A stretch of 63,335 nucleotides of DNA, counting the filler, from Candidatus Zapsychrus exili (GTDB lineage: Bacteria > Omnitrophota > Gorgyraeia > Zapsychrales > Zapsychraceae): assembly GCA_030765585.1 (NCBI GenBank). It is 7 parts of 7 records of this genome, joined end to end, with 100 filler letters (N's around TTAATTAATTAA, not from the genome) between each part and the next. Parts side by side here need not be neighbours in the genome. Positions count along the whole stretch, not along the records: positions 7,333 to 34,298 come from JAVCCJ010000019.1; positions 34,399 to 39,560 come from JAVCCJ010000098.1; positions 39,661 to 51,560 come from JAVCCJ010000118.1; 4 more parts are not named here. One strand, given 5' to 3'. Each line of letters begins with the position of its first letter. Within the stretch, counting starts at the first letter, position 1. The translations under genes and the position numbers were made by a program. Below are positions 31,115 to 40,049 of the stretch, piece after piece. A model generated the notes under the pieces. The model saw only the letters and a program-made list of their open reading frames with translations. It was not told the DNA's origin and did no database searches.

Positions 31115-34100
31115 GTGACTTTAAGGGGCGGCATTATCAAAAGATCACCAATATACAAAGTAATATCAATACTTATCATAGTATCCTTTTCTTTGTCTAC
31201 TATCACTCCTGTATCTTTTGCTCAACAATCTATACCAGTTCAGTCATTATTAATACCTAACGCTAGTGTAGGTTCAGCTACAATCATAAAAGGTCTTAAG
31301 TTATATCCAGAAAATCCTTTAAAGTTTGATTTTATTATTGATCAGGGAGGTATCGAAGGCAAAAGGCAAAAGGTAAAAGGTAAAGGTGAAGAGGAAGCCC
31401 TTAGATTTAAAACCGAATCAAAGAAGCTCATTAAGTACTTTTTAGCATCTTTAACAACTAAAGAAAGTGATTTATGGGTTAATTTAAATCCTAAACAGCC
31501 GGATAGGATCATACCTGATAAGTTTGGGTCTACTGAAATGGGTCGTGATTTATTGGCTCAAGACTATATCTTAAAACAAATAACAGCTTCTCTAATGCAT
31601 CCTGAAGGAGAAATGGGTAAGAAGTTTTGGGGCAAGATATATAAACAAGCCTATGAGCAATATGGAATCTCTGATGTAGACACTGATGTATTAAATCGTG
31701 TTTGGATAGTGCCTGAAAAGGCAGTAGTGTATGAAGCGGAAGATAGAGCTTTCGTTGTAGAAAGTAGGCTTAAAGTATTGTTGGAAGAAGAGTATCTAGA
31801 TCCTAGACCCTTGATACTAGATACTAGACAAAAAACAAAACAAAATATACCAGCATCCAGCATACTAGAATCTAGCATCATAAAATCAGTCATCATTCCT
31901 GCATTAGAACAAGAGGTAAATGAGGGAGAATCTTTTGCACCGCTTCGCCAGATATACAATTCTCTTATATTGGCCACTTGGTATAAACGAAATCTAAAAG
32001 AATCTCTTCTGGGACGCAAATATGTTGATAAAGACAAGGTGATAGGGCTAGAGATACAAGATAAAAGTAGTCAGTCTACAGTTGACAGTAGGCAAAAAAT
32101 AACAAATAATTTCTTGCCAACTGCCAATCGTCAACTGCAAACTCCAGAAGAAATCTACAACCAATACCTCAAAACTTTTAAAGATGGTGCTTATAACTAT
32201 ATAAAAGAAGAGTATAATCCAGCAACCAAACAAATAATCCCTAAAAAATATTTCTGCGGCGGTAAAGACTTTGCAATGATAAGCAAGGTTCTAAAGACGT
32301 TTGATAAAAACATAAATCCTAAGCGTTCTAAATTATTTGGGAAATATCTAGCTGTTACGGCTGCTCTCGTATTAACATCGGTTGTATTTTCAGTTAATGG
32401 TCAAGATGTTTCTTCAGTTGAAATTTTTGGTCAAGAAAAGAGATTGGCAAATACGACAGTTATTGTTTCTAAAAAGGATAAAGCTTATTGGATAAAGTTG
32501 GCTAAAGAAGATCCATGGAAAATATTGGACAAAATAGGTGAGCTTAAAGATTTTTCTTGGGGAATTGAAATAATGGAAATAGTTACAGAAGAAATTCCAT
32601 ATACAGTAATTTATAATCTCCCTAAGATTATTGAAGTTTTTAGAATAGAAAAAACATTTAATTTAATAGAAATAGCGGCAGAGAATGCCCCAAGCTTAGT
32701 GATTCGCAAGGCTCACAATTTTGTTAAAATTTTAGGACAAGAAAAAGCATTTGATTTAATAGAAATAGCGGCAGAGAATGCCCCAGATGTAGCATTTTAT
32801 AGTCTTCGTAGGCTTATCAAAATATTTGGAAAAGAAAAAGCACTTGGCCTGGCAACAATAGCCTTAGAAAACGATCCAAAATATGCGCATAAAAAACACA
32901 ATAAACTTTCTCGTTTGTTTAATTTATCTGATGATTTCTTTAAGGAGTTCATCGAGAATAATTTAGATTTATTTTTATCTCCAGGAGTCAATATCTCTAA
33001 AATAAAATTGCAGTATAGAATCTTTTTAGAAGATACGCCATTTAAAGAGCCTATTGATATAAGGACAGAGCATATTAATATGTCAGGTGAACAAAAAATT
33101 TCTCTTACTGTTGCGGCTATTCGTTTATGTCGTATGTTAGATATTTCATTTCAAAATTTGGACTATTTCAGTGCGGCTGTTGATTGTATTCTTGAGTTAA
33201 GAGAGGAATCTGATAAAAATATTATTTTTGGTAAAGAAATTTCTATCATTAATGTTGCAAATATTGAGTCTCGGTTTGATATAAGTGCAATGGAATCATT
33301 TGAGACTTCTGCTGGTGCATTATTAGAAAATATTCAATCATTTAAAGAAGGTGTGGATTCTAAAATGGATATGCTCGATGCCATTAAGGCTTCAAAAGGA
33401 TTGTTGACAATTTTTTATTCAGGTCACGGAGAGAAGGCTTATCTGGATTCATGGTATGGTATTACTTATCAGCGACTTGGAGACGCTCTTATTGCAAGAG
33501 GAGATATCGAAAGTGTAAATATATTAAATTTTAGTTGTTTTTCGTATAATTTTATTAAAAATCTTAAAAATTATTTAATAGAAAAAGGTCACTCCATACC
33601 TAAGTTTATGTCATCTGAAGCAAATAAAAATGATTTTGGAGTAGGAGGAACTTTATCAGGTTTTCTTGCAGAGATACAAGCGCAAAGGAATAAAAATGGG
33701 AGAGCATCAGAGCCTGTTCGCTCATCAGATTTTATTAATGGAGAGACTCCAAATGTATTTGTTTATCAGGACCCAGCATTTTTTTATGGAATTAGGTCTG
33801 AAGAGTTTAAAAAGTTTGTAGAAAAACATTTCGGACAGTTATTATTGCATGAGAAATTAATAGAAATATTTAACGAAATAGATTCATTGCCTAGCATTAT
33901 GATAGAAATAGGAGACGCGGCAAAGCCATTAGAAAACAATCCAGATGTACCACTGCTTGCGTTAGCAGAGACTTTTGAATATAAACTTTCTGACTTGTCT
34001 GATGTTGGAGTTAAAGATCAGGCGATGGTGGCTGATGAAAATAATATTTCTCAATTAGTTAGTTATGACTTCTCAAAAGAGGAGTGGTTTAAAAGAGCAC

Positions 34101-34298
34101 ATCGTTCAGAATTATATCATAATGTAAAACATTCAGTTCGCACTGGCTTATCTGTATATAATCTAGCAATTGCAAGAAATATGGGAGCCATAGAAGCTGA
34201 AGGAGATATATTGGTTTTTTGCGATAGCCGGCTACAACCTGATAAAGATTCGTTGTTAATGTTTCAGCAAGCGATTGAACACGCTGGAGAGATTACAA
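31115..34298 (+). CDS. Large secreted modular protein, paralog of 24590; truncated at contig end
   Basis: Signal peptide (SFA|Q), shared N-domain, DFAM and DQAM separators, 31-aa helical repeats, YSGHG...SCFS. Confidence 0.85.
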
Positions 34299-34398
34299 NN
34301 NNNNNNNNNNNNNNNNNNNNNNNNNNNNNNNNNNNNNNNNNNTTAATTAATTAANNNNNNNNNNNNNNNNNNNNNNNNNNNNNNNNNNNNNNNNNNNN
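34299..34398. other. Artificial contig linker
   Basis: N44-TTAATTAATTAA-N44. Confidence 0.99.
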
Positions 34399-34525
34399 GA
34401 GCTTTATACGGGCTTTACAGATAATCTGGAAAGACGCATAGGAGAGCATAATAGAGGAGAAGAGCCGTCAACAAGGCCCAGAGTGCCGTTTGAATTGATT
34501 TACTTTGAGGGATGTTTAAATAAAA
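34399..34525 (+). repeat. 127-bp terminal direct repeat of contig 3 (left copy)
   Basis: Identical to 39434-39560. Confidence 0.95.
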
Positions 34526-34620
34526 AAGATGCAATAGCAAGAGAGAAGCAGTTGAAAACTGGAAGAGGAAAGAAATATTTAAGAGATAGACTTAGAAATT
34601 ACAGAGAAAATTTAGAATAG
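34399..34620 (+). CDS. GIY-YIG nuclease, 3' part (not in ORF track)
   Basis: ELYTGFTDNLERRIGEHN...AIAREKQLKTGRG...*; continues the ORF starting at 39395. Confidence 0.9.
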   Translation, partial: ELYTGFTDNLERRIGEHNRGEEPSTRPRVPFELIYFEGCLNKKDAIAREKQLKTGRGKKYLRDRLRNYRENLE

Positions 34621-34653
34621 AATGGCGGTACGCCTTTAATTTGCAAGGGGCGT

Positions 34654-34699
34654 GCCCCGTTCCATTTTTTTAAATTAATTTAAAAAAATGGAACGGGGC
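34654..34699. repeat. Perfect 46-bp palindrome
   Basis: GCCCCGTTCCATTTTTTTAAATT|AATTTAAAAAAATGGAACGGGGC. Confidence 0.95.
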
Positions 34700-34736
34700 G
34701 TGGCGCAGTTTGGCTAGCGCGCTTGAATGGGGTTCA
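34694..34736 (+). pseudogene. 5' half of tRNA-Pro (GGG)
   Basis: CGGGGCG-TG-GCGC-AGTTTGGCTA-GCGC-G-CTTGA-ATGGGGT-TCA, then no T arm or 3' acceptor strand. Confidence 0.85.
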
Positions 34737-34991
34737 GATTCCTACCTTTTTCCTAACCCATTGAAAATACACACAATACAAATTCCCGCAACAACTTAGA
34801 GCCATTTTGAACTTTAACCAACTTTAACCAAGTTTAATGAATTATAATATAGACTGGACACTATTTGGACACCATGGGGTGGCGGCCCTCTTTCGATTCC
34901 ATAGTAGTGATAAAGGGCACGAACACTATTTTGCACAAAAATTGAAATTCTGAGGTATTTGGGGTATACTTTGAGGAACAAGGAGAAAGCT

Positions 34992-35408
34992 ATGAACAAG
35001 AAAAAAATTGCCATAATACGAATGATAGGGATTTTTATTATATTACAACAACCTTTTACTTTTATAACACAGATTCCTCACCTAGAAAATGTCATAAAAT
35101 ACCTAGCCTTTCCAATGCTTATTTTGTATTTCTTGCTTGGCATAGGTCTTTTTATGTTAAAAGAGTGGGTTCGTTGGGTGTTTGTAAAAATTCTTATACT
35201 GGCCGTTATAATAAAGTTGTTTTTTGCTTCCGTTGTATTTTTTCTAAACGCTTTTGGAAAAGGATTGGGCCCTTTTATACGCGCTGGTTTTGAGATATTT
35301 TTTATGGTGCTAAGTCTTCCTTATCGTAATTATGCCTTAGGTTTTATAATCACCTTGTTTTATATCTATTTCTTCACCCGCCCCAAAGTAAAGGAGCAGT
35401 TTAAGTAA
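34992..35408 (+). CDS. Hypothetical 4-TM membrane protein ending FFTRPKVKEQFK
   Basis: Hydrophobic ORF; RBS AAGGAG before ATG 34992. Confidence 0.75.
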   Translation: MNKKKIAIIRMIGIFIILQQPFTFITQIPHLENVIKYLAFPMLILYFLLGIGLFMLKEWVRWVFVKILILAVIIKLFFASVVFFLNAFGKGLGPFIRAGFEIFFMVLSLPYRNYALGFIITLFYIYFFTRPKVKEQFK

Positions 35409-35417
35409 GGAGGATTT

Positions 35418-35678
35418 ATGGAAGATGCCAGGTTGACTAAGAGAGAGCAAAAATTCCTTAGAAAATATATCGCTAGGAAAAGAATTTATTTGCTATTTAG
35501 TATCATTGCTTTTACGGTAGCAATAATATTTTTATATTTTTCTTTCTTAAATGCTCATAGCATAATATCGCGTATGTGGGAAAGCGGTTCTTTATGTTCT
35601 TTAGCATGGGGTTTTCTTTTTTTAGGAATAATACAAACAGAGAATATGTATTTTAAGATTATTAGTAAAATTAAATAA
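35418..35678 (+). CDS. Hypothetical 2-TM membrane protein
   Basis: RBS AGGAGG; two hydrophobic segments. Confidence 0.7.
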   Translation: MEDARLTKREQKFLRKYIARKRIYLLFSIIAFTVAIIFLYFSFLNAHSIISRMWESGSLCSLAWGFLFLGIIQTENMYFKIISKIK

Positions 35679-35725
35679 CATAGTAAAAGAGTAGTTTAGG
35701 TAGCGCATCTTATAGGGAGGCATGC

Positions 35726-36049
35726 TTGATGTTAGGATGGTTTAGAAGGCCTATAGGCCCAGACGATAAATATGAAGATAAAGTTGTAAGGGGGCTTGAT
35801 AAAATTACAATTGATTGCATGGCTATAATAAATCCTACCTTAGGGATATTTAACATTATAATGGCAGTGTACTATTTGGATTTTTCTGTTAATAAAAGTA
35901 TTCTTTATACGTCAATTACTATTTGTTTTGCATTGCTGTATACAGTAATTGTCCTTAGAAATGATAGGCCTGTTTGGGGAGGCATAGGAGCATTCTTTAA
36001 CTTAATTGCTTTAATTGTCTTCATTTTGAAATTTTTTGACCTAATCTGA
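35726..36049 (+). CDS. Hypothetical 3-TM membrane protein
   Basis: RBS GGAGG; hydrophobic segments. Confidence 0.7.
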   Translation: MMLGWFRRPIGPDDKYEDKVVRGLDKITIDCMAIINPTLGIFNIIMAVYYLDFSVNKSILYTSITICFALLYTVIVLRNDRPVWGGIGAFFNLIALIVFILKFFDLI

Positions 36050-36084
36050 ATCTACCTCATTTATCCCTAAAATACCCCCTAATT

Positions 36085-36181
36085 CCCCTTCCCAAAGCCC
36101 TATTTATATGATATAATCAATATCCAATAGACATAGGAGCAATATAGCCTTACAGGGCTATTTTTATGGGTGGATTATGAG
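36085..36181 (+). promoter_or_regulatory. Repeated promoter/leader, copy A
   Basis: CCCCTTCCCAAA..CCCTATTTATATGATATAAT (TGnTATAAT) ...CATAGGAGC..TATAGCCTTACAGGGCTATTTTTATGGGTG.ATTATGAG; near-identical at 37827-37915. Confidence 0.85.
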
Positions 36182-37616
36182 ACGGATTGGAAAAGGGTAT
36201 AGTTTAGCTTTAATATTTATGCTGATAGGGGTGTTTTTGTGGATGGAAACAGGATACGCTTTGTCCAATCTCAGACTTCCTCTAGGGTCTAGTAATATAG
36301 ATGAGGCTTTTCAACAGCCTCAAAGCGAACAAGCTCTATCTCTAGAAGAAATTAAAGTAAAAGTCTCATATTTGGCAGCCTCTATATCTAAGCAGGTTAT
36401 CAATGTCAGATTTTGTAAAATGCCTGACTACGTGGATTCAGAATCACTTCATTCTAAATTCAAAGATGACAGAACATATATTAAAGGAATAGATGTTTTT
36501 TTAACAACTCAAATAGGACATGTATTGAATGCAACTATGTCTGATAGAGTTCTTATGATAAAGCTTGCTTTTGAAGAAGAAATAATCTCTGATTATGGAG
36601 GTGATTATAAAAAACCTATATTAGAACAAGTTATTAAAATATGTGAAGGTTTAGATAGAATTTTACATCTCGATGACGAAGCTTTGACGATAGAATTATT
36701 AAAGACTTTAGGGGTAGCTGCGAAGTTTAATGGGGCAGCAGTAGATGGAACAATATTATCTAAGGTATTAAATTTTAACGAGGTCGTTACTAAGTCAAGA
36801 GAACTTTTAGAAGTATATAAAAATGAAATCATAAAACCTGACCTTTTTGAAATAGTCAGGCTCTGTGGTGAAAATCCAGAGGAGGTTTTGAAAGACTGGT
36901 ATGGCCAACCTCACCTTTCTACCGACCAGTTAATACTACAAGCAGAATTGTCTATGCTCCAACAAGATTGGGTTAGATTTAATAAGATTGTGGAGCAGCT
37001 AAAGAGCAGAAATGATGTCCATATTGTAACTGTGACTGGCCCAGAAATGAAAAATAAAGAAGTTAATATTGACATCCATTTACTATCCGGAGATACACCA
37101 GGAGAACATTTCTTTGAGAGCGACCAAGAAGCTGTTTTTTTAATGCATACCTTGGATAATATTTCTGACCATGTTAAAAATGGAGTTGCTTTAGTAGTAA
37201 AACAGACAAAGATTTTAGAAACAGGAGCTAGGTATTCAGAAATATCAATAATTGATAACGGTTCAAGTTTTCCGATATCGATTGAAGAAGCACTTAGGAT
37301 GGGCGAAAGTCCGATTAAAGAAAATGGTGGACTTGGCTTGCCAGCTGCTATAAACGTTGCAGATTTTTCAGTAATCCATATACCAGGTAGCAGCAGGGCT
37401 CAAGGAACATTTTGGGAAAGTGTGAATAAAAAACCTTCTGGAACAACTATCATAGGATATTTCTTTATAGAATTAACAGACAACGTGGAAGATGCAAGGA
37501 CTATTAAGAACGAAGTAGTCGAGAAAGCCAACCAGTATATAAAATACATCGATGAATTTTCCCAATTCAGCATAACTGACAAATTTCCTTCCGAGGACAC
37601 ACTAACAGGTATTTAA
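36177..37616 (+). CDS. Signal-peptide protein with C-terminal GHKL/HATPase-like domain
   Basis: MRRI-hydrophobic-GYA|L; DNISDH, IIDNG, GGLGL, GTTI boxes. Confidence 0.75.
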   Translation: MRRIGKGYSLALIFMLIGVFLWMETGYALSNLRLPLGSSNIDEAFQQPQSEQALSLEEIKVKVSYLAASISKQVINVRFCKMPDYVDSESLHSKFKDDRTYIKGIDVFLTTQIGHVLNATMSDRVLMIKLAFEEEIISDYGGDYKKPILEQVIKICEGLDRILHLDDEALTIELLKTLGVAAKFNGAAVDGTILSKVLNFNEVVTKSRELLEVYKNEIIKPDLFEIVRLCGENPEEVLKDWYGQPHLSTDQLILQAELSMLQQDWVRFNKIVEQLKSRNDVHIVTVTGPEMKNKEVNIDIHLLSGDTPGEHFFESDQEAVFLMHTLDNISDHVKNGVALVVKQTKILETGARYSEISIIDNGSSFPISIEEALRMGESPIKENGGLGLPAAINVADFSVIHIPGSSRAQGTFWESVNKKPSGTTIIGYFFIELTDNVEDARTIKNEVVEKANQYIKYIDEFSQFSITDKFPSEDTLTGI

Positions 37617-37636
37617 GTCCTGTTGCCCCCCCCCCT

Positions 37637-37785
37637 AGTCACAATTTCCTGCCCCATTCCAAATTCTAATTGATACTCGATTTATTATTTGTAGCTGATC
37701 GCGTACAATTCTGATGGATTATCTGATAGTCTTTAAGAATTTGTAACGGGGCAAGCCCCACAGTTTATGGACTAACTCACCTAAT
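37637..37785. repeat. 149-bp downstream repeat, copy A, with internal 18-bp inverted ends (37650-37753)
   Basis: About 14 mismatches to 39074-39222 by manual alignment. Confidence 0.92.
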
Positions 37786-37826
37786 AGGAATACACCCCTC
37801 AGTCTACTCTATTTAGCCCCTAAAAA

Positions 37827-37915
37827 CCCCTTCCCAAACCCCTATTTATATGATATAATTACATACATAGGAGCTATATAGCCTTACAGGGCTATTTTTA
37901 TGGGTGAATTATGAG
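37827..37915 (+). promoter_or_regulatory. Repeated promoter/leader, copy B
   Basis: Near-identical to 36085-36181. Confidence 0.85.
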
Positions 37916-39044
37916 GAGGATTGAGAAACCCTTTATTCTTGGAATCATATGTTTAGTTATTTTAGCAACCTCTCTATTGTTGTATTCTGTCTATGCTCTA
38001 CCTGTAAATTTGTCAGATACCCTAAGAGTTCAAATAGATGACTCTGATGATGTTAGAATCCATAAGGTCTATAAAAGGTTAGTTGCAGAAAAGAAAAATT
38101 TAAAAATTCTTCTTGTAGGTGATAAGATACATAAGCTAAATAAAATATTGGAAAAGAATGGTCATGAAGTTACGGAGGCTGGGAATTGTCAAAAGGCTCT
38201 CGAAATAGTTAAAAAAAGTCCTGAGTTCTTTGATTTGGTGCTTAGCGAAGCCGCGTTCTTTGCAAAGGCAGGCATGGAGTATGACTTTGGGCGGATGGAG
38301 TTTAGCTCAAATCTACTGAAAAGTATCCGTAGTGACCCAGATTTGCAGAGTGTACCTTTTCTTTTACAATCAGGCTCTATTGCGCCAGATTTGACAATTA
38401 CGGCACGAGAACTCAATAGTGATGTTATCCCAGAGATAAAAAATGCCTCTGATGCAGACAGGTTTCTTGAACAGGTCCTTAGATTCTGGCGGAAGAAAAT
38501 TGCTCAATTGGAAGTAGGTGTTAGCAAGAAGGAAGTATCTTTGGAAAACAGGAAAATTCTGATAGTCCAAGACCGTCCTATTGATGCAAAGATACAAAAA
38601 AGAATTTTATTAGGGATGGACGCCAGAGAGGAAAATATTACTATAGCAGCGGACTATAATAGTGCAAAAGAAGCACTGGCCAACAGTGCCTTTGATTTAA
38701 TTTTATTGGATATGGGGTTCCCCATGGAAGCAGGAGATGGCGCATACACATGGGCTGGTATTACTTTTATGGAACATATGGTATCCAAAGGCTTGATAAT
38801 ACCCATTATGGTATATTCGAACAAAGTAAATAAGTTAGAAACATTATTAGCTAATATAAGCAAGACTCAACATAAAGAATTATTTAAAATAAAAAATAAT
38901 ATACATGAATTTACAACGGTTTTTATTCCTGGAGCCGACCGAACTGTTCATGCTAAAGCAATTCATTCTCTTTTAAGATATAATGATGCAAAGTTGTTAG
39001 AATTAGATGCTTTTGATAATAGAGATTTATTTTCAGGTTCATAA
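37911..39044 (+). CDS. Signal-peptide protein with two receiver-like domains
   Basis: MRRI-hydrophobic-VYA|L; KILLVGD..FDLVLSE and KILIVQD..FDLILLDM..IPIMVYS. Confidence 0.75.
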   Translation: MRRIEKPFILGIICLVILATSLLLYSVYALPVNLSDTLRVQIDDSDDVRIHKVYKRLVAEKKNLKILLVGDKIHKLNKILEKNGHEVTEAGNCQKALEIVKKSPEFFDLVLSEAAFFAKAGMEYDFGRMEFSSNLLKSIRSDPDLQSVPFLLQSGSIAPDLTITARELNSDVIPEIKNASDADRFLEQVLRFWRKKIAQLEVGVSKKEVSLENRKILIVQDRPIDAKIQKRILLGMDAREENITIAADYNSAKEALANSAFDLILLDMGFPMEAGDGAYTWAGITFMEHMVSKGLIIPIMVYSNKVNKLETLLANISKTQHKELFKIKNNIHEFTTVFIPGADRTVHAKAIHSLLRYNDAKLLELDAFDNRDLFSGS

Positions 39045-39073
39045 TTCTCTTTTTAATCTATCCTCGCCACCCC

Positions 39074-39222
39074 AGTCACAATTTCCTGCCCCATTCCAAA
39101 TTCTAATCGATACTCAATTTATTGTTTGTAGCTAATTGCGTACAATTCTGATATATCATTTGACGATCTTTAAGAATTTGGAACGGGGCAAGCCCCACAG
39201 TCTATGGACTAACTCACCTAAT
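39074..39222. repeat. 149-bp downstream repeat, copy B (inverted ends 39087-39190)
   Basis: TGCCCCATTCCAAATTCT...AGAATTTGGAACGGGGCA. Confidence 0.92.
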
Positions 39223-39394
39223 CTCTCTATCATAATACCATGTCTAGTAACTACGATGACCTTGTCTTCTTCTGGAAGGGTAAGTACAAGATAATAGATG
39301 TCCTATTTAGGTACACCCTACTTGTTGTAACACCCACCTCTTGATATAATTTGAATCCTTCCCATATGTATGGTATAATTCCTAGTTAGAATTT

Positions 39395-39560
39395 ATGTAT
39401 TATGTGTATGCTCTTAAGAGCATGAAGGATAACGAGCTTTATACGGGCTTTACAGATAATCTGGAAAGACGCATAGGAGAGCATAATAGAGGAGAAGAGC
39501 CGTCAACAAGGCCCAGAGTGCCGTTTGAATTGATTTACTTTGAGGGATGTTTAAATAAAA
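39395..39560 (+). CDS. GIY-YIG nuclease, 5' part
   Basis: MYYVYALKS...LYTGFT..L.RR..EHN; joined to 34399-34620 it gives an intact 86-aa protein. Confidence 0.9.
39434..39560 (+). repeat. 127-bp terminal direct repeat of contig 3 (right copy)
   Basis: Identical to 34399-34525. Confidence 0.95.
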
Positions 39561-39660
39561 NNNNNNNNNNNNNNNNNNNNNNNNNNNNNNNNNNNNNNNN
39601 NNNNTTAATTAATTAANNNNNNNNNNNNNNNNNNNNNNNNNNNNNNNNNNNNNNNNNNNN
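39561..39660. other. Artificial contig linker
   Basis: N44-TTAATTAATTAA-N44. Confidence 0.99.
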
Positions 39661-40023
39661 CAAAACCATTAACTTTAAAAACCTCAAGCTTCTGCCACGT
39701 ATCTTTATCTACAAATCTACTTGGCTAAGATTGTTCTCCTTCTGAAACCTTGCTATCATATCTCTAGTCTTAAGACCTAAAACCCCATCGATTGTCCCAG
39801 GATCATAGCCATACAATTTAAGCAAAGTCTGTATTTCGACAACATTGTAGTTTATGTCTACAAGATTGACCTCACCTACTATTTCTTTTTCTTCTGCACC
39901 TCTTTTGTCTAGAATACCATACAAAACATCGCACCCACAGAGAAGGAACACAAAAACAACGCATAAAGAAATCTTTACCAAAATATTAAGATTATTTTTT
40001 TGCCTACTAGGAAAGTTTCGCAT
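39661..40023 (-). CDS. Peptidoglycan-binding (PG_binding_1) lipoprotein; apparent frameshift at ~39726; runs off contig
   Basis: Lipobox LCGC; IQTLLKLYGYDPGTIDGVLG..T...IARFQ; alternate frame continues PSRFVDKDTWQKL. Confidence 0.75.
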
Positions 40024-40049
40024 TACAGAAAATCTAAATTTTATATAAT

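Noticed and set aside
34814..35014. 66-aa minus-strand ORF
   Set aside because: Overlaps the att-like region and the start of the plus-strand gene; no motif support
37626..37635. C10 homopolymer as a phase-variation tract
   Set aside because: Lies downstream of a stop codon, outside promoter and CDS
37637..39222. Integron attC interpretation of the trailers
   Set aside because: Ends read CCCCRTT...AACGGGG, not RYYYAAC...GTTRRRY; no integrase seen; cassettes have their own promoters
37637..39222. Diversity-generating retroelement TR/VR pair
   Set aside because: Both copies are non-coding, mismatches are not adenine-specific, and no reverse transcriptase is present
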